Sequence record: NZ_CP154590.1
From: a plasmid
Direction: 5' to 3' (one strand)
DNA length: 64,000 bases
Shown: positions 29,784 through 39,722 of the stretch, one piece after another
Layout: the number at the start of each line of letters is the position of its first letter
How positions within the stretch are numbered: the stretch's first letter is position 1
Made by a program: the position numbers and the translations under genes
Notes under the pieces: generated by a model
Databases searched by the model: none
What the model was told of the DNA's origin: nothing
Seen by the model: the letters and a program-made list of their open reading frames with translations, nothing else

Positions 29784-31772
29784 TCAGGCGGCTAATGCCG
29801 AGTGGTCAGTTTCAGTCTGGTTTTCTTCAATCGCTTTCGGCTGCGGAGCGCATAACCACGCAGGAACCCAGCAACTGTCTTTCAGACGATCTTCGGCAAG
29901 CTCGGCAGCATCGCCCTTCTTCATCTTCGCCGCATCGGACGCTGCCCCTTCCATTCCAGCCTCTTTCAGGGATTCGACAATCTGGTCATGCTTAACGCCT
30001 TTGAAATATCCGTCTTTGGTTGGATGCCACCAGTCGCGAAAGTTGAAATCGATCGCAGTCTCCAGCGCGTCAAGTTTACTTCGGGAGGTATGACCGTTAT
30101 CGCGAGTCTGAACACCGTCAACGGAACAGGCCGTACAAAACGCCATAAGAGACATGAGCACGCCACCATCCAGCGAGAAGAACGAGGTTAAATCCTGTCG
30201 CCAGCCCTCTGGCAACAGCGCCTCAAGACGCTCACCTTCGGTCCGGATTGCGGTATATGCTTTACCCTCCTTGCCCGACGGTGCATTCATGGTCTGTGAG
30301 TAATGACCTACAGTCACGCGAACACCAAATGGATTATCCTGCTCTCCACGCCCCGTAAAGACCTCAGCACACATACGCCATGCCAGCAGCGCCACGGCTT
30401 TGGTTGGCTGGTTCATCAACGCTGCCTGAACAGCAAGCGTCCTTTCAGACGACATTTTCAGCAGTTGCGGCGCGGTAACCCCTTCGGTGATATCTTTTTT
30501 TATCGAAGTCACCGCAGGTACAGGATCCTCCCCACTTTCCGTTTCTCCGTTCTCTTTTGTCGGAAGGTCTGCAATACGGCAGACACCGCGCTGAATGACC
30601 AGTTCGCCATACTGGTAGCTGACCACAACACCCGCAGAGGCTTTCATCCCATCCGTCCAGGCACGTTGTCCTGCTTCTTCCTGCATACGACAGATTTCGG
30701 CATCAAGCTCGTCAGCTTCATCACAGGCACTGTCAAACGTACTAAATTTCTCTTTCAGTTCATCCAGACGCGCCTGTTCTTCATCGGTATAGACGGTTTC
30801 TGGTTTTTCCAGCAGCAGGTAGTCTTGCCCGTCCTGACCATAACGACTTACCGTTTCTGGACGACCCATACTCCACGACCAGCCCTCGCTCAGTTCGTGT
30901 TGCAGTGCAATCGTGTCCAGTTTTTCCTGTACAAGGCGCTGAACCAGTACGCTGTCAGCCGTTCCAGCCCCCTCTTCCTTGGAAAACAAATCTTCACGAA
31001 CCACACCGCCAGCGGTTTCATATGCTTCACGACCCACAAAGAGAAAGGCTGAACTGGTAACAGAAATTTCGGTTTCTGTGATCGCACGTTTTAGTAAATG
31101 AGCCTGAACAGATCCCCACTGCGCGTAGACGCTGTCAAACACCTGAACCTGACGTTCCTGACTGGATTCAAGGCACAGAGCCTGACACTGCTCAACAGTG
31201 ATTTCATCCTGTGCCAGCTTATCCAGCAGTGCTGGGGCAAGGTTTGCCAGTTTCAACATGCGCTGAACATGGCGGGAACCATAGCCCAGACCATCACCAA
31301 TCTGCGCGGCGGTTTTGCCCTGCGCCGCCAGCTTACCAAAGGCCATAATTTGCTCGGCAGGGTGCATCGCCTCCAGTTCATTGTTCTCAGCGTAAGACGC
31401 TTCAACAGCCAACTCGTCACTGACGCACTTAACCGGAACCTGATAATCAGCACCAATACGTCCCGTCTCGCACAACAGATTCAGTGCGGTGAGACGTCTA
31501 CCACCTGCAGCAACTCCGGATTTGCCCTCCGGCAGCACGTGAACCACGAGGTTATGCAGAAGCCCGAGGTTTTCAATCGAGTTAGCCAGACGTTTAACAC
31601 TGTCAGCGGTGTAAGGGATAGTACGCACGTTCAGCGGAGATTTAATAAGATCGGACAGCGGAACGTATGTGATAACAGCGGAATCAAGCGCGCTTTTCAG
31701 TTCTGCGCTGATAACTTTATTCTTCGGGTTGGCCTTTTTGGCTGATTTTGCTTTAACATTTGCTACTGACAT
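29784..31772 (-). CDS. ParB-like nuclease-domain protein (leading-region YubM-like)
   Basis: 662 aa from MSVANVKAK (RBS GGAGG); N-terminal ParB/Srx-like box; size and position typical of F/IncI leading regions. Confidence 0.7.
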   Translation of the reverse strand: MSVANVKAKSAKKANPKNKVISAELKSALDSAVITYVPLSDLIKSPLNVRTIPYTADSVKRLANSIENLGLLHNLVVHVLPEGKSGVAAGGRRLTALNLLCETGRIGADYQVPVKCVSDELAVEASYAENNELEAMHPAEQIMAFGKLAAQGKTAAQIGDGLGYGSRHVQRMLKLANLAPALLDKLAQDEITVEQCQALCLESSQERQVQVFDSVYAQWGSVQAHLLKRAITETEISVTSSAFLFVGREAYETAGGVVREDLFSKEEGAGTADSVLVQRLVQEKLDTIALQHELSEGWSWSMGRPETVSRYGQDGQDYLLLEKPETVYTDEEQARLDELKEKFSTFDSACDEADELDAEICRMQEEAGQRAWTDGMKASAGVVVSYQYGELVIQRGVCRIADLPTKENGETESGEDPVPAVTSIKKDITEGVTAPQLLKMSSERTLAVQAALMNQPTKAVALLAWRMCAEVFTGRGEQDNPFGVRVTVGHYSQTMNAPSGKEGKAYTAIRTEGERLEALLPEGWRQDLTSFFSLDGGVLMSLMAFCTACSVDGVQTRDNGHTSRSKLDALETAIDFNFRDWWHPTKDGYFKGVKHDQIVESLKEAGMEGAASDAAKMKKGDAAELAEDRLKDSCWVPAWLCAPQPKAIEENQTETDHSALAA

Positions 31773-31839
31773 CGTTATTTCCTCCATTTTAATGATTGTC
31801 GCGTTCTGCGGAGGTGCATCTCCGCAGAACACCTTTCGT

Positions 31840-32175
31840 TTACTGCTGTACTGCCCTGCCGTGACTTTTCAGGTAGCCGTTCAGTACCTGTCCGGCATCC
31901 GGCTGGAAATTCCAGACCCGTTCAATCAACTGCTCATGTTCGTCACGCATAACTAACTGAAAATGCGATGACTGATCGTTTTCTAACGTCACATTGGAGT
32001 AATACGCAGACACGTTTTTCGCGTCTTCGCGTGTAAAAGCGCCCAACGGAAGCAGTGGCGCAGGAGCATTGACGACTTCGCCATTCAGCAGCGCCGCCAG
32101 CGCATGATCCTCAGCCGTAGGCTGCCGTAATGACTCAGGCTGATTCAGAAAATCCTTCAACGATTTGCACATCAC
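31840..32175 (-). CDS. hypothetical protein (111 aa)
   Basis: ORF with plausible RBS; no motif. Confidence 0.35.
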   Translation of the reverse strand: MMCKSLKDFLNQPESLRQPTAEDHALAALLNGEVVNAPAPLLPLGAFTREDAKNVSAYYSNVTLENDQSSHFQLVMRDEHEQLIERVWNFQPDAGQVLNGYLKSHGRAVQQ

Positions 32176-32757
32176 AAAACCCCTCTGGTCTGGTTTTCAG
32201 AGGCAAAGCCTCTCCTGCCGTCCTCTTTCTGGTGTTTTCACACACTGCGGAGGACCTTTCCGCGAGAGCGTAACGGGCACGGCCCGGTGAAGCTGTCCAG
32301 GATTAGCGGGAAATTTATTCCGGCTCGTCCGGAAAAAATTTGCTGATAAAGCCCCGGCGGTCCTGGCCAGCAAGACGGGTTGTGGCGGTATCAGCGACCG
32401 GAAAGGCACTCAGCAGGGAATGAACGCAGAGGAAGTGGCGGGAGAGAGCCGGCAACGTCAACAACGTTGCCCCTTACACCCCGGAACGGGGTGCATCGAG
32501 CGCAGGAACGGCGCGACAGGGCGGCGCGACCGGAACGGTCGCTGCAAGCCAGCCTTTGACGTTGCGACAGCCTGGGATGGAAACCCGCTGCCCGAAGGTT
32601 TACCGGAGGGCCGGGCAGAGACAGCGCAGCTGGCTCGGTGCGAAGCATGACAGCCCCGGTTCCCGAAGGGAAGTCGCCCGGGTAAACCAGCCCGTGGAAA
32701 AAAAGTATCTGAAAGCCCCGGTTTTTATCGTTCTGGTTATGGTTCTGGCCACGCGGT

Positions 32758-32810
32758 CCACGCCCACGCCCACGCCCACGCCCACGCCCACGCCCACGCC
32801 CACGCCCACG
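32758..32810. repeat. hexanucleotide tandem repeat (CACGCC)x9
   Basis: Eight perfect CACGCC units plus a partial unit; lies in an 800-bp non-coding, GC-rich stretch. Confidence 0.9.
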
Positions 32811-32982
32811 CAGGTCAGCATGTTTCAGAAACGACAGCAGGAAAAGCAGATTTCAGAACTGATTCATTACCGGCTTCACCGGCGGAGGGAATGCGCCGCA
32901 GGCGCTTTCCCCTGCCGTCATCCCGCAGGGATGACAGGGTTTTCCCGCGCGCGAACAGGCGGCTCATTGGCCGCCTCCGGGA

Positions 32983-33171
32983 CTAATATTTAACTTTTTG
33001 CTGGATAAACTGGCCGCCGATAAAAAGTTGCTCGCGACGAGTCAACAAATCACAAATATCGTCAAGGAGCATTGGCGTCGTTATAGGTCTGAGGCCTAAT
33101 TCCCTGCGGCGTTCGTTTACCAGAGTTTTGTAGTGTTTCAGAATTTTGCGTGTTTCAGGTGTCATTTTCAT
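32983..33171 (-). CDS. small hypothetical protein (62 aa) downstream of ardA
   Basis: ORF 44 bp after the ardA stop, probably co-transcribed. Confidence 0.3.
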   Translation of the reverse strand: MKMTPETRKILKHYKTLVNERRRELGLRPITTPMLLDDICDLLTRREQLFIGGQFIQQKVKY

Positions 33172-33213
33172 AGGGAACCTTTTTCCGGCAGGGTTTCCCC
33201 TGCCTTATCTGAA

Positions 33214-33738
33214 TTAGCGACGAAAAACATAGCCATCAATGAAGTTGAAAGTGTCGATAAACAAATCACGGGCAAACGCGTCATAGTCAAAGTAGCCGCG
33301 CAGGCTCTCAGGGATAGCCGCCAGCAGGCTGTGTTCGTTCACGTAGTCCACAGCAAAATCTTCTTCGCTCACGGCCTCGCCATAGTAGGCGTCTTCGAAC
33401 GCGTCAAAGTCGCATTCGCCGCTGTATTCGGCCCACGCGATAAATGCCGCGTCCTTACCTACATCCTTCGCCTGTTTGTAGGCATCGATGAAATCCCAGT
33501 CCACAGAGCTTTCAGAGGCAAACTGAGAAGGAATGCCTTCCCAGTCCTGAAACATCAGTTCCGGGTCATGCTCATTCGCGTGGAGCGCGTGGCAGGCTTC
33601 CAGAAAGTCTTCTTTCTCGTCGAAATCGGTCAAATCAAACCATTTTCCGGCCAGGCTGCCACAGTTGTATTTGTGATAAGTGCCAACGTATACCGCCGGG
33701 GTGGTGGTGCTGATAGTGTTCATGGGTGTTCCCTCCAT
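33214..33738 (-). CDS. ardA: ArdA antirestriction protein (DNA mimic, anti type I R-M)
   Basis: Highly acidic 166-174 aa; PAVYVGTYHKYNCGSLAGKWFDLTDFD and HDPELMFQDWEGIPS match ColIb-P9 ArdA closely. Confidence 0.85.
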   Translation of the reverse strand: MEGTPMNTISTTTPAVYVGTYHKYNCGSLAGKWFDLTDFDEKEDFLEACHALHANEHDPELMFQDWEGIPSQFASESSVDWDFIDAYKQAKDVGKDAAFIAWAEYSGECDFDAFEDAYYGEAVSEEDFAVDYVNEHSLLAAIPESLRGYFDYDAFARDLFIDTFNFIDGYVFRR

Positions 33739-33765
33739 AGTCCAGGTTATCTGAGTACCGGCTTA

Positions 33766-34000
33766 CGCCGTGCCGACACGACAGCCCGACGAAAAGCGGA
33801 GGATGCAAGGTCGGAAGCGGAGGCCGCAGCGCAGATAAAGCAGAGGCGGTCTGGACGGTTTTTCTGCGAATTTTTGAGCAGAAAAACAACGGGAAGAACG
33901 CCGATAATCATCAAAAATAACTGCGACCGGGTGACGGTGGAGGTGGCGCCAGCCACGTGCCTTGCATACGCAGCGGTCGGGCTAAAGTGAAGGCACGGCG
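33766..34000 (-). repeat. GC-rich palindromic leading-region repeat A1 (putative ssDNA promoter, Frpo/ssi-like)
   Basis: Ends CGCCGTGCCGACACGACAGCCCGAC ... GTCGGGCTAAAGTGAAGGCACGGCG are mutually complementary (large hairpin); about 235 bp; directly upstream of ardA. Confidence 0.5.
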
Positions 34001-34130
34001 TTAGCCGCAGACCGCACGAAATCTCATCCCGCGCGCGCCCGTAACAGCGTGGAGGTCGCGCTGGTATAGCGGAGCAGCGCGACATCCGATTCCTGTTCAG
34101 AACTGCGGGGCAATCTGCCCCGCCCGTCGG

Positions 34131-34910
34131 TCACGCAGCAATCCGGATTCCGGAGAATGACCGCATCATCGCGTCAATTTCGACGCGGGCCTCGCTGACC
34201 GCATCACGTAACCAGCGGCGCTCAAACCATACGCGTGATGGGCTGTCCGGGTGACGCAGCGCGAACGGTACGTCCGTGACACCAACAACGCGACCGCGAC
34301 ATTCGAGACGGATCTGGAGGCGACGAAACGTTTCCTGCCCGTCGAGGACGGCTTTCAGGCGCGCGTCGAGAGTGTCGTTATCCCACTCGGTATCATCGCT
34401 TCCGGCTTCCACTTCAATCACGGAGAGCGTGAAGTTGCGCGTCCGGCGGGTAAACACCAGAGGATCAGCAGCAGGACGCAGGGCTTCTGTCAGGCGGTAT
34501 CCGGCAGCGGCGACACAGCTACAGACATGGTTGATTTCGTCTCGCAGGGCTTTCAGGAGGCACAGGATTTGTTTTACCGACATCCCGGCAGGACAGTTAT
34601 CGTATTCCAGCGAAATCGTGCCAGCGTGGGCTTTGCGGTGGCCCAGCGAGTTGCGGTAAAGACGAACAATCAGATCGCTCCCGCCAACTAATGGCAGCAG
34701 TTCATTCAGTGCGCTATCCGGCATCAGGCCACGCAGCGCAATTTCAGGCAACAGGCGCAGCAGATCGGACGCCCCCAGTTGGCCATAGAAAGCGACGCCT
34801 TCCCCACGCGAATAATTCAGGCTGGTATCGATATCCATCGTGGCTGGCCAGCCACGGGCAACCAGCGTGTTACGGGTGTGACGGTGCATAAAGCGATAAG
34901 CGGTGGTCAT
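34131..34910 (-). CDS. hypothetical leading-region protein (259 aa)
   Basis: ORF directly downstream of repeat A2; no motif recognised. Confidence 0.4.
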   Translation of the reverse strand: MTTAYRFMHRHTRNTLVARGWPATMDIDTSLNYSRGEGVAFYGQLGASDLLRLLPEIALRGLMPDSALNELLPLVGGSDLIVRLYRNSLGHRKAHAGTISLEYDNCPAGMSVKQILCLLKALRDEINHVCSCVAAAGYRLTEALRPAADPLVFTRRTRNFTLSVIEVEAGSDDTEWDNDTLDARLKAVLDGQETFRRLQIRLECRGRVVGVTDVPFALRHPDSPSRVWFERRWLRDAVSEARVEIDAMMRSFSGIRIAA

Positions 34911-34943
34911 AGTTTTCTCCTTGTCTCGACGCGGCGACTGCTT

Positions 34944-35178
34944 CGCCGTGCCGATACGACAGCCCGACGATCCGCGGGAAATGCAAGGGCGGAACCGGAG
35001 GCCGCAGCGCAGATAAAAGCAGAAACGGTCTGGACGGTTATCGAGCGAAACCTGAGCGAGAGAACGACGGGAAGAACGTTGAAAAACATAAAAAATTTAC
35101 TGCGACCGGGCGATGGTGGAGATGGCCCGGCCATGTCCCTTGCATTAACCGCAGTCGGGCTATAGTGGAGGCACGGCG
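34944..35178 (-). repeat. GC-rich palindromic leading-region repeat A2 (putative ssDNA promoter)
   Basis: Same terminal sequences and internal GATGCAAGG..GCCGCAGCGCAGATAAA core as A1. Confidence 0.5.
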
Positions 35179-35273
35179 TTGACACCCGCCGCGACACCGG
35201 CGCGGCATAAAAAGCGGAGTCCACGACATCCTTATGGCTGATTTGGCGGGCTGACAATGCAGCCCGGCCACGG

Positions 35274-35612
35274 TTAGCGGGTGAATTCGTCCCAGTGTTC
35301 GTTGAACTGATTCTGAACCCGCGGGCTTGTCAGATCACCGGTAACAACCCAGGCATCCAGGAATTTAAGCTCCTGCAGGATAGAACTTTCAACATCATCA
35401 AGCAGTGTGATGCTGTTAAACCAGACCGACTTTCCGGAACGATAAGCCCATCGGCAGCCATCACTCTCTTCCAGGCATTCCTGCCACCAGGTTCTCCCCA
35501 TATAAACAACCCCGGCTTCCGCCAGCGCCAGACTCTCCGCCTGGATCAGGAAATATGCCGGAAACTCAAGATCAGAAACTTCGATATCGACGCCAATCAA
35601 CCAGGTATTCAT
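35274..35612 (-). CDS. hypothetical protein (112 aa), downstream gene of a coupled pair
   Basis: Start overlaps the stop of the 153-aa gene (ATGA). Confidence 0.4.
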   Translation of the reverse strand: MNTWLIGVDIEVSDLEFPAYFLIQAESLALAEAGVVYMGRTWWQECLEESDGCRWAYRSGKSVWFNSITLLDDVESSILQELKFLDAWVVTGDLTSPRVQNQFNEHWDEFTR

Positions 35613-36073
35613 TATTTCTTTGCCTCTTCAATCGCCCACTGCAGGTGATCCCAGTTGAAACCGATATTGGCATCATGGCATTCATCAGCGAGTGCCATCG
35701 CAGCCTCAATCGTCTCGTTGTCCAGCGTGTTATCGAGCGAAAGGAAATCGTCGGCCAGCCAGAACGTCCCTGTACAAAGTGCATCCAGAGGATGTTGCTG
35801 CAATCTGGCAATCATCCCCGATACAGTCATTTCACGACGCCACAGACCAGGTGTCGGGAAAACTGCGTTGGCCACATCAAACCACTCCCAGTCTCCTGGC
35901 GGTACCGGCCATTTCACCATTTCGGTCTGAACGCCTGGTAGCCGGGACAGACGCTCAAGGATCTCCCCCAGGGAAAACTTATGGCCACTTACATCGTCAC
36001 TGGCCAGACAGTGGCCATTGAGAAACACCGCATGCTGGCCATCATCCAGCGTAATACACGTCAGCTTAAACAT
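35612..36073 (-). CDS. hypothetical protein (153 aa), first gene after repeat A3
   Basis: RBS GGAGGGAAAT before ATG; no motif. Confidence 0.4.
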   Translation of the reverse strand: MFKLTCITLDDGQHAVFLNGHCLASDDVSGHKFSLGEILERLSRLPGVQTEMVKWPVPPGDWEWFDVANAVFPTPGLWRREMTVSGMIARLQQHPLDALCTGTFWLADDFLSLDNTLDNETIEAAMALADECHDANIGFNWDHLQWAIEEAKK

Positions 36074-36100
36074 ATTTCCCTCCTTAACCCGGCACCCATC

Positions 36101-36329
36101 TGCGCCGTGCCGACACGACAGCCCGACGATCAGTGGTTAATGCAAGGGCGCCAGCAAGGCCGGTAGCCGGTAATAGCAGAGGCGTTCCGAACGGGTTTTC
36201 CGTGAAAATTGAGCGGAAAACCGACGGAAGGAACGACGATAAGACGTTAAATCACAGGCGGCCGGGTGCAGCTGGCGGCGCAGCTTCCCTTGCATTCACC
36301 ACAGTCGGGCTATAGTGAAGGCACGGCGC
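36101..36329 (-). repeat. GC-rich palindromic leading-region repeat A3 (putative ssDNA promoter)
   Basis: Third copy of the CGCCGTGCCGACACGACAGCCCGAC ... GTCGGGCTATAGTGAAGGCACGGCG element. Confidence 0.5.
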
Positions 36330-36427
36330 ACCCATGCCTGAAGATGGGATAACCAGACGCTGCCGGTTCAATACCGGCAGTGGATGGCTGGGGAGAGATG
36401 ATGAGCCCCGGTTTCCCGGGGACGTCT

Positions 36428-37171
36428 TCAGGAAAAGCTGGAGGTTAATTCCCGATCGTGGATGATACGCTGGCGTACCTCGTCAGCCAGAGCATGAAGC
36501 GCTTTCAGCGGTAGCCAATGGCGTACTGGCGCTCCCGGACGAATAATGCAAATGCCGGCGCTGCGGTCACCTTCGCGGACCATATCAAAATCACGGTAAA
36601 TCGCGAGGCCAACGGCAACAACTGCGGCCCCGTGGTGAAAAATTTCTGTCAGCCATAGTTGCTGTTGTTCAGCATCCGGGCGCATCAGCGGCGGCATATC
36701 ATTCCACGCTTCACCAAAAACCCAGAAGTGGCGTGTCTGGCGCTCAAAAATATTAATCCCTTCATACTGGGCTCCGGTCATGTCGTTAATAATGCCGGCA
36801 TCAATGAAGATCTGACGGCACAGGACCATCAAATCGGCTTCAATCGCTTCAGTCAGGCCAATACAGATCGGGTTCGCCTCCTCAAAATCAACCCGAACAC
36901 AAGGATCACCTTTCAGGATTTCGCCGCTGACGCTTGCACACAGGTTGAGATCACTGCACATCTGCTGCAGGCCATGGACCGCACGGGTATCAAGATGGCC
37001 ACGTGAAGCAATCGCCGGCAGCATCGCCATAATAGATTCGGTAGTGACATGGCCCGAAATAGTGAAGCAATAACAGTTTGCATCAGGCTGGACAACGACT
37101 GACGACGGCCAGTTGTTTTCTGACAGGATCTGACGGCTGCGGGTTGGTGCAAGAGTCATATAAAGATTCAT
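36428..37171 (-). CDS. hypothetical leading-region protein (247 aa)
   Basis: Start MNLYMTLAP with RBS AAGGAG; another GC-rich element (shared core GCCGCAGCGCAAGCGACCAGAGGGAGTGCGAACGGGTG, also found at 22870) lies upstream. Confidence 0.4.
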   Translation of the reverse strand: MNLYMTLAPTRSRQILSENNWPSSVVVQPDANCYCFTISGHVTTESIMAMLPAIASRGHLDTRAVHGLQQMCSDLNLCASVSGEILKGDPCVRVDFEEANPICIGLTEAIEADLMVLCRQIFIDAGIINDMTGAQYEGINIFERQTRHFWVFGEAWNDMPPLMRPDAEQQQLWLTEIFHHGAAVVAVGLAIYRDFDMVREGDRSAGICIIRPGAPVRHWLPLKALHALADEVRQRIIHDRELTSSFS

Positions 37172-37590
37172 AGGGTACTCCTTCGTTTGATTTACCGGGC
37201 TTCTTCTGCCGTAGCTTTTACGTACGGGAGGATATCTCCCGCCATAAGCGACAGGCGGCAACGTGCCATCAGGCAAAAATCAAGTTCCGGAGGCAAAGCC
37301 GCAGCGCAAGCGACCAGAGGGAGTGCGAACGGGTGCAGCAGCAGGCGACTTTATTTTTGCCGGCACGGTGCAACTGTTTAAGCGATGGCTGGAGATAATC
37401 TGACTGCAATAGAGCAGCAAAGTGACTTCATTGGATATACCCACATCGTTATCCCCCGATTCTGTGGATAAGTAACCCAGCTCTCAACGAGTGCAAGGTA
37501 CCACATCACCGGTGGAGTTTTTCCAGGAACTACAGAGGGTTAAAGGCAGCAAAAAATCAATACTTGAAAGTGTCTTCAATAAGGCAATAA

Positions 37591-37610
37591 TACTGTATAT
37601 GCAAACAGTG
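37591..37610 (+). promoter_or_regulatory. LexA (SOS) box
   Basis: TACTGTATATGCAAACAGTG fits CTGT-N8-ACAG, 16 bp upstream of the umuD-like start. Confidence 0.7.
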
Positions 37611-37625
37611 TTATTTGAGGTGGTT

Positions 37626-38054
37626 ATGTTTGAGTTTATACGTGCTGACAGCAATCCAGAGTTGACGCCCATCCCTCTCTATAGCGATCGCTGCCAGGCT
37701 GGGTTTCCCTCACCGGCCCAGGACTACGTGGAGGCCGAATTAGACCTGAACCAGTACTGTATATCGCGGCCCAGCTCAACCTACTTTGTACGAGCTATCG
37801 GCAACTCGATGACCGACATCGGCCTGCATTCGGGCGACTTGATGATCGTCGATAAAGCCGAACAGGCTCAGCACGGAGACATCGTCATAGCTGAGATAGA
37901 GGGAGAGTTCACGGTTAAGAGATTGCTGCTGAGGCCACGGCCTGGACTGCAGGCGATGAACCCAGCCTACCCAACTCTATGGCCAGACCCGGAGAACCTG
38001 CAGATCTTCGGTGTCGTGACGGCATTTGTGCACAAAACCCGGGGACATGATTGA
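37626..38054 (+). CDS. UmuD/MucA/ImpA-family SOS mutagenesis protein (S24 peptidase)
   Basis: 142 aa; [10 protein letters not shown] cleavage region, GNSM active-site Ser, [15 protein letters not shown]; the ORF-track N-terminal extension is rejected. Confidence 0.8.
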   Translation: MFEFIRADSNPELTPIPLYSDRCQAGFPSPAQDYVEAELDLNQYCISRPSSTYFVRAIGNSMTDIGLHSGDLMIVDKAEQAQHGDIVIAEIEGEFTVKRLLLRPRPGLQAMNPAYPTLWPDPENLQIFGVVTAFVHKTRGHD

Positions 38055-39325
38055 TGTTCGCCCTGGCTGATGTGAACAGCTTTTATGCGAGTTGTGAGAA
38101 GGTCTTTCGTCCTGACTTACGTGATAGACCAGTGGTTGTTCTTAGCAATAACGATGGTTGTGTTATAGCCAGATCTAAGGAAGCGAAGCGGCTTGGAATC
38201 AAAATGGGGATCCCCTGGTTTCAGCTAAAAGCAATGCAGTTCCCGGAGAAAGTCCTAACGTTTTCCAGTAATTATGAGCTGTACGCAAGTCTGAGCAACC
38301 GGGTCATGGCACATCTGGAAGAATTGGCGCCCCGCGTTGAGCAGTATAGTATCGACGAAATGTTCCTGGATATTCGCGGCATCGATGGCTGTACTGACTT
38401 TGAAGATTTCGGACGGCAGCTGCGCGAGCACGTCCTAAGAGGAACCGGACTGACAATTGGTGTCGGGATGGGACCGACAAAAACTTTAGCAAAATCAGCA
38501 CAATGGGCTTCTAAGGAGTGGCCGCAATTTGGGGGCGTGCTGGCCCTGACTACTGGCAATCTCCGTAGGACAGAGAAACTGCTCTCACTGCAGCCAGTGG
38601 AGGAAATCTGGGGGGTTGGTCGCCGCATAGGCAAAAAGCTGAATACATACGGCGTGACAACTGCGCTGCAGCTGGCGCGCATGAACCCTGCCTTTGTACG
38701 CAAGAACTTTACCGTGGTGCTGGAGCGGACAGTACGCGAGCTGAACGGTGAGGCCTGTATATCTCTTGAAGAGGCACCGCCCGCAAAGCAGCAGATTGTC
38801 TGCAGCCGATCATTCGGAGAGCGCATCACGACTTACGAAGCGTTGCGACAGGCTATCTGCCAGTACGCCGAACGCGCGGCTGAAAAATTGCGGGGAGAAC
38901 ATCAGTTCTGCCGGCACATATCGGTCTTTATCAAAACCTCCCCTTTCGCAGTCAACGAAGCTTATTACGGCAACGTGGCCAGTGAAAAGCTTCTAGTGCC
39001 TACACGCGACACCCGAGACATCATTAATGCCTCAGTAAAAGCCCTGGACTGTATCTGGCTCGACGGGCATCGATATGCAAAGGCTGGAGTAATGCTGAAT
39101 GACTTCACCCCTACGGGAGTAGCACAGTTAAATCTTTTCGATGACGTTAAGCCGCGGGAATGTAGCGAGGAGCTAATGAAAGCCCTGGATGGCATAAACC
39201 ATTCAGGGCTCGGGAGGGTATGGTTTGCTGGGCGCGGAATAGCGCCGGACTGGCAGATGAAAAGAGAAATGCTGTCGCCGGCATACACAACTAAATGGAC
39301 TGATATACCGTGCGCCTCAATTTGA
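38054..39325 (+). CDS. UmuC/MucB/ImpB-family Y-family DNA polymerase V catalytic subunit
   Basis: [16 protein letters not shown]-terminus; 423 aa; start overlaps the umuD stop (TGATG). Confidence 0.85.
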   Translation: MFALADVNSFYASCEKVFRPDLRDRPVVVLSNNDGCVIARSKEAKRLGIKMGIPWFQLKAMQFPEKVLTFSSNYELYASLSNRVMAHLEELAPRVEQYSIDEMFLDIRGIDGCTDFEDFGRQLREHVLRGTGLTIGVGMGPTKTLAKSAQWASKEWPQFGGVLALTTGNLRRTEKLLSLQPVEEIWGVGRRIGKKLNTYGVTTALQLARMNPAFVRKNFTVVLERTVRELNGEACISLEEAPPAKQQIVCSRSFGERITTYEALRQAICQYAERAAEKLRGEHQFCRHISVFIKTSPFAVNEAYYGNVASEKLLVPTRDTRDIINASVKALDCIWLDGHRYAKAGVMLNDFTPTGVAQLNLFDDVKPRECSEELMKALDGINHSGLGRVWFAGRGIAPDWQMKREMLSPAYTTKWTDIPCASI

Positions 39326-39328
39326 GTA

Positions 39329-39718
39329 TCAGAGAAAGCTCTTCATTTTTTCTCGGGCTTCTTCCAGTCGCTGCTGCTCATCATCCTCTACGACTTCGGG
39401 CTTGATTGCAGGGGTAAACTGCCCAGCTCCCAGTTCCTGAAGCACTGAGCGAATATCAGCCTGCGTAGGTTTCCATCCGGTGGTCTGGCTGAGCAGCCCG
39501 GTCAACTGGTCAGCTGTAAACTCCTTGTTCAGCATCGCGGCCAGAAGCGCGGGTAATCTAGGATCCAGTTGCTGCAGAGCCATTCCGGAAATAAACGCAT
39601 TCCGGAACAACTCGCCCCGGGTCGAACGGGGAACGGCTTCAATGACTTCCAGAGCCTGTCTGTCTGCATCCTTCTCAGGATGCAGATATAACGTGAATTT
39701 TTTCCGTTCCTCACTCAC
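39329..39718 (-). CDS. parR: ParR/StbB-like centromere-binding protein (type II partition)
   Basis: 129 aa immediately downstream of parM. Confidence 0.55.
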   Translation of the reverse strand: MSEERKKFTLYLHPEKDADRQALEVIEAVPRSTRGELFRNAFISGMALQQLDPRLPALLAAMLNKEFTADQLTGLLSQTTGWKPTQADIRSVLQELGAGQFTPAIKPEVVEDDEQQRLEEAREKMKSFL

Positions 39719-39722
39719 TTCA

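Noticed and set aside
32556-32993. 145-aa plus-strand ORF encoding a TPTPTP repeat
   Set aside because: It is the translation of the (CACGCC)n tandem repeat on the strand opposite to all leading-region genes, with no RBS; treated as non-coding.
37491-37625. N-terminal extension of the umuD-like ORF (possible impC)
   Set aside because: The LexA box and RBS sit inside this extension, which is in frame with umuD rather than a separate small gene, so no impC is called.
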